From Mobula birostris (taxonomy: Eukaryota): a DNA stretch of 64,000 bases. The notes below the pieces were generated by a model. The model was not told where the DNA came from. It saw only the letters and a list, made by a program, of their open reading frames with translations, and ran no database searches. The position numbers and the translations under genes are program-made. Every line of letters begins with the position of its first letter. The first letter of the stretch is position 1. Below, in pieces: positions 63,624 to 64,000 of this stretch. The stretch is from positions 39,542,935-39,606,934 of the forward strand of contig NC_092376.1 in NCBI RefSeq assembly GCF_030028105.1, written 5' to 3'.

Positions 63624-64000
63624 CTATTGTAAGGCAGAGAGAAAACAGGCACAAGTAAATAAAGTACGTTAAAGGACTGTAGTAGAATTTTCACATTATA
63701 TCAGTACTGTAATTTTAGTTATATAAATAGATTTTATTAAATCCACCTTAGTAAAGCAGCCAACATAATCAAAGACCCCACTCATGCCTGACATTTGCTC
63801 TTTGCCTCCCATCCCATCAGGCAGAAGATACAAAAGCCTTAAAGCACAAGCCACCAGGCTCTAGGAGAGCTTCTGTCTCTCTGGCATAGAACTATTGAAT
63901 GGTCCTCTTGTATGAGAAGGTGGACCCTTCAGAATCAGAATCAGATTTATTATCACCGACACAAGACATGAAATTTGTTGTTTTGTGGCAGCAGTACAGT

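Noticed and set aside
1-64000. Prokaryotic-type novel system (CRISPR array, retron, RT-associated defence operon)
   Set aside because: There are no regularly spaced repeats with spacers and no operon structure. Every RT ORF has eukaryotic LINE or Penelope motifs, and the host genes are spliced.

Overview
Vertebrate, repeat-dense genomic DNA, not microbial. The repeat set (HE1/V-SINE, abundant CR1, Rex1/Babar, Penelope, L1/Tx1, Tc1) points to a cartilaginous fish, probably a ray (inference). Two host loci lie in tandem on the minus strand. (1) The last five coding exons of an intact TEX26-like gene (63623 down to 52838), with consistent splice phases; its 5' exons are outside the window. (2) A decayed multi-exon gene of about 37 kb (roughly 40559 down to 3212), invisible in the ORF track. 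It keeps GT-AG boundaries and largely compatible phases, most exons carry stop codons, and its remnant peptides show SFI1-type '(L)L..(F/L)..W' repeats; it is tentatively C1orf167-like. A CpG-rich putative promoter and a consensus CTCF site lie upstream of it. Other notable items: Penelope insertions with 12-14 bp TSDs carrying minimal hammerhead ribozyme motifs, a fossil R2-like RT outside rDNA, a full-length but dead Tc1, an inverted Rex1 pair within one tex26-like intron, and an unexplained perfect 69-bp duplication. I found no convincing wholly new biological system. All homology calls are from motif recognition, not database searches, and TE boundaries are approximate.
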